DNA of 64,000 nt, taken from the NCBI GenBank assembly GCA_043797125.1, contig JAZDPX010000023.1, positions 67,098-131,097 on the forward strand, given 5' to 3'. Source of the DNA: Candidatus Omnitrophota bacterium (GTDB taxonomy: Bacteria > Omnitrophota > Gorgyraeia > JABMRG01 > JAFGKX01). The translations under genes were made by a program, and so were the position numbers. The notes below the pieces were generated by a model. It saw nothing but the letters and a program-made list of their open reading frames with translations. It did not search any database and was not told where the DNA came from. Below, piece after piece: positions 38,819-50,800 of this stretch (positions are counted from its first letter, which is position 1; every line of letters starts with the position of its first letter).

Positions 38819-41800
38819 ATGATAAAACAGGCTACGGGAAGATATAGTTTTATTTTAAAAGCTATAAGTCTTACTATAGCCTTTTGTTTTACTATACAGC
38901 AGATCTGCTGGGGCGCAGACGGAACGCATCTTTGGAGTTTGATAAAAGGCAACCAGGTATTAAATGCTCAAGCAAGCGATTTCGTTAAGCTTCGCGATAT
39001 TTCCATCCCCGAAGATTACGGCATTGTCAGAGAAATTTTTGATGCCGGCAACAACCGCGTAATAATCCACATACAAGACGCGCACTCGAATTTAGGCGCG
39101 CAGGAATCTATAAGCAGGCTCCTTGACGCTTTAGAAAAAAGCTACAACCTCAGACTGGTTTCTCTTGAAGGCGCCTACGGTTTCGTGGATACCTCTACGC
39201 TTTCATGCCATCCGGATAACAGCACAAGAAAAGACCTTGCCAGGTATTTCCTGAATCGCGGCAAAATTAACGCCGCGGAATACTATAAAATAACATCAAA
39301 ATCCAGAGTGAAATTATACGGCGCAGAAACCCCCCAACTTTACAGGGATAATATCGCCGCTTATGTGGAATCGCTTGCCAATAAAGGCGAAATTCACAAA
39401 GCAATTATTACGCTAAAAAAGACATCTCAGGATTTGAAAGAAAAGGCCTACACAAAAAGCTTATTGGAACTGGATGCGAAAAGCATAGCCTATAAAACCG
39501 AAGGCATATCCTTTAAAGAATACTGGCAATATTTGGGCAACATAGCCCGTTCTTTATCGATAGATATATCCGGATATGAAAACGTGTCCCTGCTTCTTAA
39601 GGCATCCGCCTTGGAGGAAAAGACTGATTTTAAAAAAGCCGAACAGCAGCGAAAGGAGCTTATAGATATAATTTCGGATAAGCTCCCAAAGGATGACATA
39701 AAAGGACTGCTTGAAGAAAGCGTGTCTTTCGGATTGAATAAAATCCCGGCCTCCACCTTTCATAAGCACCTATTCGATTTAGCCGCAAAGGCCGGAACAG
39801 ACCCGGCAAAGTATCCGGACATCAGCAATTACGGCCAATATATCAATATGCACGAGTCCATATCCCAGGACAGGCTTTTTGAGGAAATTGATGAATTGGC
39901 GCTGCAGATAGAGGAAAAGTTATTCCAGAACGACGAGCAAAGACAGCTCGCAAAAGTGGCAAGAAACGCTGATATATTAGTAGACCTTCTGGACGCAAAG
40001 ATAATAAATAAAGACCTCGCGTATTATAAAACCCACCGCGATGAATTTATTCCCCAGGCGATAGCGCATAAGCTTACCAAGCTGATGGTAAAGCATAATA
40101 TAACCGCGAATCTGGTGCCTGATATGAGGGTTGTGGCAAAGGCCCTTCCGGTAGTAGAAAGATTTTACGATGTCGCCGAAAAAAGAAACAAGGCCCTGGT
40201 TGAAAACACCCTTGCCAAGATGGAAAAAGATAAGCGCCAGTTGTCGGTTTTAATAACAGGCGGTTTTCATACGGAAGGAATAAAGGAATTGCTGAAAGAC
40301 AAAGGCGTCTCTTACGTAGTCGTGCTTCCAAAATTCTCCCATAACGCGTTAGAGAGGCCGTATGAGGATGTCATCTTAAATAAGAAAGAGCCGTTTGAGG
40401 AAATACTTTCAAATAACGAATACTACCTCGCCCCCGCAAGCATATTCTCTAATTTTCAAAACAATCTTGAAATTCTTGTTGCCATGGCTACGTTAGGCAT
40501 GTACCTGGGCGTAACCTGGATAAAAGAAAATAAAGACCCAACCGAGCAAATACCCGCCTTGCTGAATATTTTAGGGTTAGAAAGACAGAGCATAATAAGA
40601 GAGGGCGAAACCCCCGGGCCAGTTGAATTAAGCCAGATAAAGAATGCTTTTAGTTTCGACTTTGTATTTGAAAATGAAAACGATAAAGGAACTTCTATTT
40701 TGGCGCATTTTCACAATAATTTTTTCAGGATAACAAGGTATAAAAACCCGGAACAGCAAGAAAGGCCTTTCGATATACTGCTTCTGGAAGGCGATGAAAA
40801 AATATCTGCCGCGGCATCGTTTAAGAAGCCCGCGTTAGCAGCTAAACAGCCCAGCGAAGAGGCCCAGCAGATAGTTGACAGCCTTGTTTTAGCGCAAAGG
40901 AGCATTACTAAAGAGGCCGATGAAAAACTTCAGGCGCAGTTTAAAATTAAAATATTGGAGCTTTTGGATGCAATAGAAACACCGGACGATTTTGAGGGCG
41001 CTACATTTAAAATCAAGCTGGGTAAACTTGTAAGGAATTATGATTTTAACGAAACTCTTAAACAGCAGATAGTTGATGATTTTATAAAAAGGAAAAAAGA
41101 TGAACTGAAGCCTGGACTTACTCAATCCTTTAAGAGAAAAGAAGCAGAGAGAAAAAAGGCGGAGCAAATAGAAGAGAAAATAGTAAAAAGCATAAGAATC
41201 AAGACAGAGGAGCTTAGTAAAACCGATCAGGCTGCGCTTGCGGATATCGTAGCGATTCATAATTCGCTTTACGATTTAAAAAAGAGCCTGCTTGAGGTAA
41301 GGCAAGAGCTAAAGGCTTTGCGAACCGACTGTTTTGATGCAGGCGCAATAATTGACTGGAACGAATGGGAGTACGACCCTGATAATCCCGACCGGATCTA
41401 CCAGATAAAAGCCCCAGAATCATACACAGCTACAAGAAACCCTGAAGACGGAAAATTTTATGTTAATACCGACGCGGGCGGCAGAGGATACGGGCCTGCA
41501 ACACCCAGCCCTGATGAGCTTGAGGAAGCCGAAGCAGTAAAAGCTATTCAAGAAAAACTGAATGAACTGTTTGAGCAAGCGAAAGAAGCGCATAAGAAAA
41601 CTTTAGAGATATTCAAAGAAAAGGCACCGCATGCGACTTTGCTGGGCAAGATTTTAAACGAAAGGAAGAGTGACACAACTAAGGCCTTCTATGCATACAA
41701 GCAACAGCTGTCAGGCCTGCAAAGCAAATCCAAAAACAAGGACAGGTTTGACAGTATAATAAACGGCCCTGTTAAAAAGATAGATGAATATTTTTCGGAA

Positions 41801-44800
41801 ATTGATAACGAGATAGAACTTCTCGTTGAGCTTTTTACAGACACAATAAAGCAGCCGACAGAAGGCTTAAACTCTGCGCTGGCGTCAATAGAAACGCAAG
41901 AATTGCCGGATATCATAAAGTTGATAAACAAGGCAATCGATGAGTACGAGTCAATACAAAAGGCTTATGAGAAGGCAGTGCTTGAATTAGGAATCTGGCG
42001 GCAGTTTGAAGAAAACAACCCGGATAAACAGGTTGCAGAAAAAATTGAGAAAATGCTATTAAGCATTAAAAACGTCAACACCGTGTATAAAAACGCGACA
42101 GGCGAAATGTATAAAAGCGACAAAATAACTGATCGTATAAAAAGCGCCTACGAAAATGCGCAGAAATTGTTTGAAGCCGAAGCGGACGAGGCTAAAGAAG
42201 CGCTAAAGACAGAGCAAATCCGTAAGACCCTAAAGCCGAAAGACCCTACCATAAAAGGGCTAGCTGAATTGTTAACGCTATATTCAAAAAAACACAACAA
42301 ACAACTTTTTTCGTATTCATACGCAGACATGGAAACAATTGTGGAATTAGCAAAACTGGTTAATCTGCCGGTTGATTGTACGCACGTATTCGATGTTATA
42401 GATAAAAAGCGCAAGGAACATAGGCAAAAAGTAGATGCTGAATTCCAGAATTTGGTGAATGAAGCAATAGGAAATACGGTTGCCGAAGCAGAACAGATAG
42501 CTACTGAGGCAAAAAAGGAAGTTATTGCTGGGTTTGAGCCAGAAAAGGTTACAGCATTTATTGACATGCTTGCCGAGAAACAAAAAGCAATAATGGAATC
42601 CGGCATGGTCCCAGGGTATGAAAATTTTATAGCAAATTCGGAAGTGTGGTTTGCCTTTGATGGCAAAACCGGCGAAGAGTCACGAGACATTACAGCAGAA
42701 AAATTTCATGATTTAATGGATAAGGCAATGGGTCTTAGTCTGAGCATAGATCAGCATATAGCAAGTCAGATAATAGATAATGCCGAAAATCTACTACAGG
42801 AACAGGAAATAAACCCGGATGTAGCCAAAAGTAAAATAACGGAGATTTTTGACATAGCTGAACGACACTTTGAAGCTAAAAAAAAGGAATACTGGTTTGA
42901 CGGCGCTCTACAAGAGCTATCAGAAGAACAAGGTATTTTATTTAACTCTATAACTACAGAGTTAGTGCAAAAAAAGAAGGAATGCCTTGATAAAATTGAG
43001 AAATTAGAAAAAACCCAAGAAACAATTGAAGGAGAAGAGACGCCTCTGACATCTGTTGATCTGGAGAAAGAGATAAATGAAATCCTTGAAAAGGAAGAAG
43101 AGAAGCCCCCTGTTATCGAGGAGGACGTATTCGAACTCATTGAAAAAATAGAAGAGAAAGAAGACGAGACACAAAAGGAAGAAGAAAAACTGGAAAGAGA
43201 AACCGAGCTTAAGGATTTGATTAAGCAGGAAAAAGAAAGGCAAACAAAAGCAGAAGACGAACAGAAGCCAAAAATCGAAGAAACAACAACGGAACAATTA
43301 GCGAAAGAAGTTGAAAAATTAGTAAGCGGGCTTTCCGATGGCGAACTTAAGGCCATAGAAGAGCTCAGGGTAATGTTGTATGAAAACGAAGACAACGCTG
43401 AAAACGCAAAGTTTCTTGAGCTTTACAATAAGGCAAAGCAGGCTTTTGAAAAGGCCATGGAGGCGGCATTAGGCAAAGACTACGAAGAAGGTTTGAGGCC
43501 ATGGCAAGAGGCAGGGGCAAAAGCGCTTTTATCAGGCAGGCTGCTTAAGCTCAAGGCGGGTAAAGGTAAGACATTGTCAGCGGAACTGGCGTTTTATATT
43601 ATGGCGCTCGGCATAATAGAAAGGCATAAAAGAAAAGACTTAAAAACCCAAAAAGACGCCATTATATTCACCGCGCATAACGAGAAAATGGCCAGGGATA
43701 ATGCGAAAGAAGCGGCAAAGGTGCTGGGCTGTTTACACGAGGAAATTAAAATAGTGCGCCTCAAGCCTAACCCAGAAGGCGGGGAGCCGCTGGCGTATAT
43801 CTACGATAAACATGGCGACGCTACGTCAATAACGCTTAAAAGCGCCTTTGAACAAGGCACTATTTTTGTCGGCACGCCTGATGTGTTTATCCACCGCGCC
43901 GGTACAGAGAGAAGAACGGCGGACAGCGACGAAATTTATTTTTTGAAGAGAGAATATAATTTGGTATGTGATGAAGTTGACCTGCCCGCCATGTATAACC
44001 TGGCGATGCCTCATAATATAGCGATGCCGGTTGACCAGGGAAGCGACCATTATAAATACGGTGTAGCCTTTGCCGAGAAGGCAATGGAAATAGCGTTAGC
44101 AATGCAGGGCTTACCCGGCCAATATTATGAGATCCCTGAGGGTTCTAAAACCGTTATATTGACAGAAGGAACGTTTGGCAAAAACGGAGTGAAATTTACG
44201 CGGGAGTTTATTAAGGAAGATACCGAAATACAAAATATCGATTATCTTAGAAACTTAAGCATTGACGAATGGGTAGAACAGGTTGAGGCATCGCTGGCCG
44301 CGTTAAAGTGTTTTCGTATAGATGATGATTACAGAATAGAAAACGGCGAAATTGTTATCATATGTAAAGTAACAGGCGCTTCCCTGCGCGGCAGCAGGTG
44401 GAATTACGGTATTCATACCGCCGTAGAAGTAAAAGAGGTTGTGATAAATCAACAAAAGATTGAAATACATCCTCCTGCTTCAGAAACAGCTGTGTCTATG
44501 GCATTTAATACATTCTTGCGCGTAAACAATATAAAAGGCAGGCCCCTTATAAAAAGAGACAGTACAGCAGAATCAACAAAAGGAAAATTCACAGGCATGA
44601 GCGCTACTATTGACGAGGTGTTTTTCATTAAAATTCATGGTTTAAAAACAGCGGATATGGGAGATATTGTAGATAAATGGGAAAAGAAAAATGGCTATCC
44701 GGAACTTGATATAGAGCCAACCGAGCTATATATGACAAACAACGAAAAATGGGCTGCTATACTGGCAAAGGTAAAACAGATTCATACTGATGAAGAAAGC

Positions 44801-47800
44801 AAGGAATATAGAAGGCCTATATATATGCATGTTGAGGATAAGGATATAGATTATGCGAAAGAAGTGATAACCAAATTAGGGCTTATTGACGCAGAGATAA
44901 AAGTGATAAAGGCAGCTTACAGCGAAGAAGAAATAAAAGATATGAGAAAAGAGTTAGGCTTGCAAAAAAGATCTGACATAAGCAACGATGAAATTGAGGA
45001 AAAGGCTATTGATAAATACCTAGAGAAAGCCGGTTTCCTTGGCAGAATAACGCTTGTTACGCATTTAGGTGGTCGCGGCGTTAATCCCAAACTGCCGAAA
45101 GAAGGCAGCCTAGAAAGAGATTTTGTAATCAAAGCAGGCGGCCTTCTGACAATCTCTACTTCTGTTGATGAACTTGAAGATACGGAAATACAGTTCCAGA
45201 ACAGGGCCGCGAGAAACCAGGAACCCGGCGGTTACAAAGCATACTGGTCTATGCAGGATACTCTTATAAGCGTAGAAGCCAAAAAGGCACTTTCTGAGTC
45301 ATATCCTAAACTGGAGAATATTTTAAGCAGGGATAAACCAGATAAAAAGCTGATTAAGAAAATAGTCGGGCGTATACGTGAGGTTATAAAAGAAAAAAGG
45401 ATATATAGCGCGACTGAGCAGGAACAGATGCAGGAGGAGCTTGATAAATATAACGATGAATTTTTAAGAGGGTTTGCCCTTCTGCGGAATAAACAAGGAT
45501 TCTATGATGACGTAGTAATGCAAGCTGCGGATAACAAAGCTTACATTGAAAAGGCAGCAAGTGAAATAGCTGAAATTATAACGCAAAAAGACGAAAAGGA
45601 TAAAAAGGCGGAACTGGCAACGCAGATTAAACGCAGGATTATGAATGTAAGCGAGGCTGCGCAATTGAATATGGGCGAGCAGGAGCGTAATCGCCTTGAT
45701 TCAGCCTGTAATTTTATGGCTGATAAATTGTTATCAGAAGCAAATAAGGCGTCCCTAACAGGCGCGATTACCCGCTATATCGAAGAATACATAAGAGAGC
45801 AATTTATACATATAACGGAAGAAGGCTCAGTCAGCTTCTTAAGCAGGGCTGAAAAATTAAAATTCCAGTTAGACAGATTTATTACAAGGTATGGCGAATT
45901 AAACCAGCAAGCCTTGCCTTTTGACAAGGTTAGCGCGTATAAGGTGCTGATTAAGCAATTTGCGTATGAAGAAAAACTCAAGATGGACAAGGAAAAGGCC
46001 GCCATATTATATTCATTCACGGAAAAAGGCGCCGAAGAATATAAAAAGGCGATTGAGAAAAAGGCCGCGTTAGACGCTCAAATGAACCGGCATATAGACG
46101 GGGTATTTAAGGATATTCAGGAATTGACGTCAGAGTTAGCAAGCATCGCGGCAGAACTCATCGAAATTTATGTAGAAATGGAAAAATTCATCGAAGAGAC
46201 AGCGAGTGAGATAGCTGAAATTGTAACGCTGGCAGAAGACGCCGCGAAAGAGCTGGCAACGCAGATTAAGCGCAGGATTATGAACGTAGACGAAGACACA
46301 GAGAACAATATGGACAAGGAAAAACGCGACAAGCTCAATTTATACTGCCTTGCTACAGCAGTTAACTTGTTGCTTGAGATGACAATAAGCGAAGCGCCGT
46401 TAAAAGATGTAATCGCCGGCTGGATTGCGCAATACATAAAAAAGATATCCAAGCAGATGGAAGGAAAAGAGATTAAAGAAGAAGAGATTGAAGAAAAAGA
46501 AGAAGTCCCTCCCGAAGAAGAAGTTGAAGAAGCGCCCGAAGAGTTGCCTGTTCCTGAAGAAATAACAGAAATAGAGGCTCCTGTTTCGGGCCTGAAGTAT
46601 TTTTGGACAAGGCTTCTGCCCTTAGCGTCAATTTTTGGAATTGGATGGCTATTATACAGGTGGCTGTTTAATTTTATAGGGCTAAACACAATAATTAAAA
46701 TGGCCGCGCAAGGAGATGTTGGCGGTATAGGAAGCATTATACCAAATATTTTATCAGGCAATACAGGCATTCCTATGTGGGTTTTGATTGCGGTAATAGG
46801 AATTTCACTTGCCATATACTTTATTACCAAGCCCCTTATGGAAAAATTTAACAGCATAAAAGCGGAAGCTCCGGTAAGAGAATATTTTGGTGGCGTGCTC
46901 AAGTTTTCTCCGGCAGCTTTACCAACAGTTTTTTTATTTGTTACGACAATCTTATCCATCGGTTTATTTTTTCCGAGCATTATAATTGTAGTGCTTGCGA
47001 CAATAAAAGGCGTGTCTGTAGCGGGGGTTTTAGCAGGAGCGCTTAACGCAGTCGCAATATTAAGCGTTTTGGCTGCGGCCTCACAATTAATAATGGTAAG
47101 GATGTATTACAGCGCCAATAAGGAGACACCACAGCAGCAAATAGGCAAGCCAAAAAGATTCTTCAGGGCTTTTACAGCCTCTGTTATGGCTTCCGCAACC
47201 ATATTTTTGCCTTTTGTCATCTTAACTTATGCAAATCCAATTGCGTATGTTCTCAGCGTATTTTTGGCAGTAGTGTGGTATATAGCTGTTCTTGCGCACA
47301 GGGCAATAAGGGCAGGATTATATAAAGGCTTATCGCAGTTTATGCGCGATGTAATAGGAGGGGAAAGGTTTATTCAGCCTGAAGCGCATATGAAATGGTC
47401 TTATACCGGGGTGATAACAGGCGTCGCATTTTATACGCTGCTTTTAAGAGTTTCGCTTGCAGCCTGGGCAATGCCTGCGGCGATATTTTTATTAGGCATT
47501 TTTACCATTAACCTGATTTTTTATTTAAAGGCGCAATATACACAGTCAAAACTAATGTCTAAATTTGTAGACGCAGACACGAAATTCAAATTTATTATTC
47601 AGGATGCAATAATCTACTGCAGGAAACTCGTGCCGTCCGCGGCAGCTGCCGGCTCTGCGGCAGGTTTTCTGTGGGATACGTTGACCAAGGACATGACTCC
47701 CATATCTTCCACAACCCTCTTAGTGATAGGCGCTGTTTTGGTAGGCGTGCTTTTAATATCCATCGCGGCAAAATCGCGTATTCATACCCGGCTTTCCTAT

Positions 47801-50800
47801 AAATTCGGCGCGCAAGAAGTCTCAGAAAAATTGAAAGAAGCGCTTGGTAAAAGCGATATTAAACCGATATGCGTGACTATGGGTATATTGGAAACAGAGA
47901 TAAAGAAATATAAAGAGGAAAGGTCGAATAAGCCCGTATCATACAATTACGAATACGCTATGAAAGTGTTAGATGATATGGGTAAAACCGATATTGTGCT
48001 AAGAGTAATCGCGGAAAAGATAAATACGGCGCATACAGATACGAAATACGCCGGAAAGATAGAAAAAGATATGGCGCTTGAAGCCATTGAAGACGGCATA
48101 TCAAAGGCCTTGTTGGAAAACAGCAAAATATTCACAGAAGAACTAACCGATACCGATGCGAGAAAAGGGGCCCTTATAGCGTCTTATCTTGCGATACTCA
48201 AAGAGCTGGACCTTATTATTACCCCCGTTGACAAAATCGCGAAAACCCTCTCTGACCCCAAAAAACTTCAGGACTTACTAAATATATTCTCCAACGCAAC
48301 CATATCAGTGCAATCTGCCGGCGGATACACCCTCGGCAACGAAATCGCAATAATACATAATCTTGTAAAGCAGGACACTGCAATAACGATGCGCAGGGTC
48401 TCGGTTTCGCCTCCGGCAGCTGTTTTGGACAGTTTCTTAAAGATAATCAACGCCTTTGAGCAAAAAGGCCCGCAAATAACCGAAGAACCCAAAGGCGTAA
48501 CTTTCGAAGCCGCGGCAGAAGACCTTATTCAGCTTGATGACGTAGCGCATATCGCTGACGGCCATATTATAAGCTGGGCAAGCGCCGCCATGGAGAAAAA
48601 TAATAAAGAGTTAGATAAACTTATGCCGTTTTTAGAAAAAGCCGACGCGCCCAAAGATAAGATTGCCGAAAGAAACGAACTTGCCGATAAAAACGAAAAT
48701 CTGCAAAAGATAATCCGCATCGCGGCCGAAAGGGCGCAAATGCATATGCAGGCAGGCACGCACAATGAAAACCTGAAAAAATTACACAAACTAGAGAAGC
48801 AAATACCGGCACAGATCACATGGCTTGAACAAAAGGGGTATCTGACTAAGGAGTCATGCGGCGGCGAGAAAGGCGAACAAGGCTGGTCTAAGCAGCAGAT
48901 AGACACAGCGCTTCTTGCCGGTATTCAAAACAACTCTTTAAATTCATGGGTTAAGGTCGAGATGGCGAACGCGTGGAAAAACACGACAGAGACCGAATTA
49001 TTAAAAGCGCAAATTGAATTAACAAATCTAAGAATCGAGCAATACACAAATAACTTAAATACAAAGATTCTTAGGGTGAAGATATTAAACAACGACAAAC
49101 TCTCCTTCGATGAAAAGGCCGCCATCATAAGCGAAATAAATATTTTAGGCGAAGAAAGAGATTCGGCGATTTCGGAAAAGACAAACCTTGCAAACCAGAA
49201 GGCCGCAGAATGCAATGAGATTTTATTGAAAATAATGGGCCTTTCTGAAAAATTAGACACGCTGGTTTACGGGGCAACAGCGGCCCGGCCGGTTGAAGCG
49301 GGCATTATACCAGGCTCGATATTCGCAAACGAAACTAAATCTGAGTTTTATTTAAGCGGAAACATCCCGGACGAAAAAATCCAAGCCATTATGGAAACCG
49401 ATTATTACGCGAAATTCAGCGACGCGCCGTCTTCGGACGAGATTAAAAATATTGACGATGAAATAAACAAGACCGGCTTATTCAGCGACGCCAGGAGAGC
49501 GCTTGAAAAAGAAAAAGTGGAAAAGATGCGCAACCGCGATAAATACGTATGCATGGCAATAGAATTATTTTTAAGAGAAAATGAGGGCCTAAGGTCAAAG
49601 AACACATTTACAGAGAAAGCGTACAGCGCACTTACGGCCGGCACAGTAAAAGACATAACCGATGATATTACTAAAAGCCTTGAGAAATTCGAGAAGGCTA
49701 CGCAGGGACAACAGCAAGATCTGTGGAGTGAGGCTCTTGCGCAGGTAATGGAAGATGAAAAGCCCTTCACGCAGGATGAGCTCTTTGACCAAAGAGAACA
49801 GGCGCTTTTAGAAGGGAATCTGGAAAAGGTGAAGGAATTAAAAGATATACACAAAAAGATTAAAGAAACGATGGATAAGATTCGGGAGGACAGAAGGCAA
49901 AAGCAAGAGCAAGAAAAGCAGGAAAAAGAGGCGAAAGAAAGGCAGGAAAAAGAAGCGCAAGAGAAACTAAAAAGCCCGGAAGAAAAGCAAAAAGAAATAG
50001 AAAAGCAGCTTGAAGAGAAAGAGAAAGAAGAAGAACAGCAAAGGCAAAAACAAAAAGTTGTTTTAGAGGTTCAAAGGGATTTCTATTCGCAAAAAGGCCC
50101 GTCATGGTTTACTTTCACCCTAAACAGGCTCAGGCCATATGAGATATACGAAGGGATAACGAAGAACGAGGCTGAGTTAAAGATATGGGGCCTGAACGAA
50201 AAAAAGATAAGCCTCCAAAAGCAGCTGGATAAGATGAAAGACGCTAAGGCAAAGACAGAAAAAGACAAAAAGGCAGAGATAGACGAAGAAGCAAAGATAA
50301 ACAACAAAATAACAGAGATAAACAAAAAAATTGAAGTAATCAATAACGCAATCGAGGACTTAGAAAACCCGGCGGAACAGGCCTACACAAAAGCGCAGAT
50401 TGATGCCATAAAACTTGTTACCGAGGCTTGCCCGACAGCCGAGGAGATAGATGCATATATAGAGCGGCAGGATTACGCTAAGACATTCAAAGACAAACAG
50501 GAATTATACGAATATTTCCAGAAAAAGATAATAAAGGCCGAACATAGAGACCGCAAAGGGCTTTACTCGTTTGACAACGGCGAATACAGAAACAGGGTGT
50601 GGCAGTATATGCGCGATGAGGCGTTTAAGAAATTATTTCAGCTTGATTGCGCAAGAAAAGCAACGCTGCTTGAATCAGAGATAAACCGGAAAAAGGCTGA
50701 ATTAGAAGCGCTGCAAAAAGAGAAAGATAAAAAGAGCGATTATATCAAAATACTTGAGGATGATATAAAAAATCTTGAGAAAAAAGTTGAAAAAGAAAGG

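Noticed and set aside
43400-45400. A stand-alone housekeeping secA gene
   Set aside because: No start or stop flanks it; it is in frame within the giant ORF and far diverged from canonical SecA.
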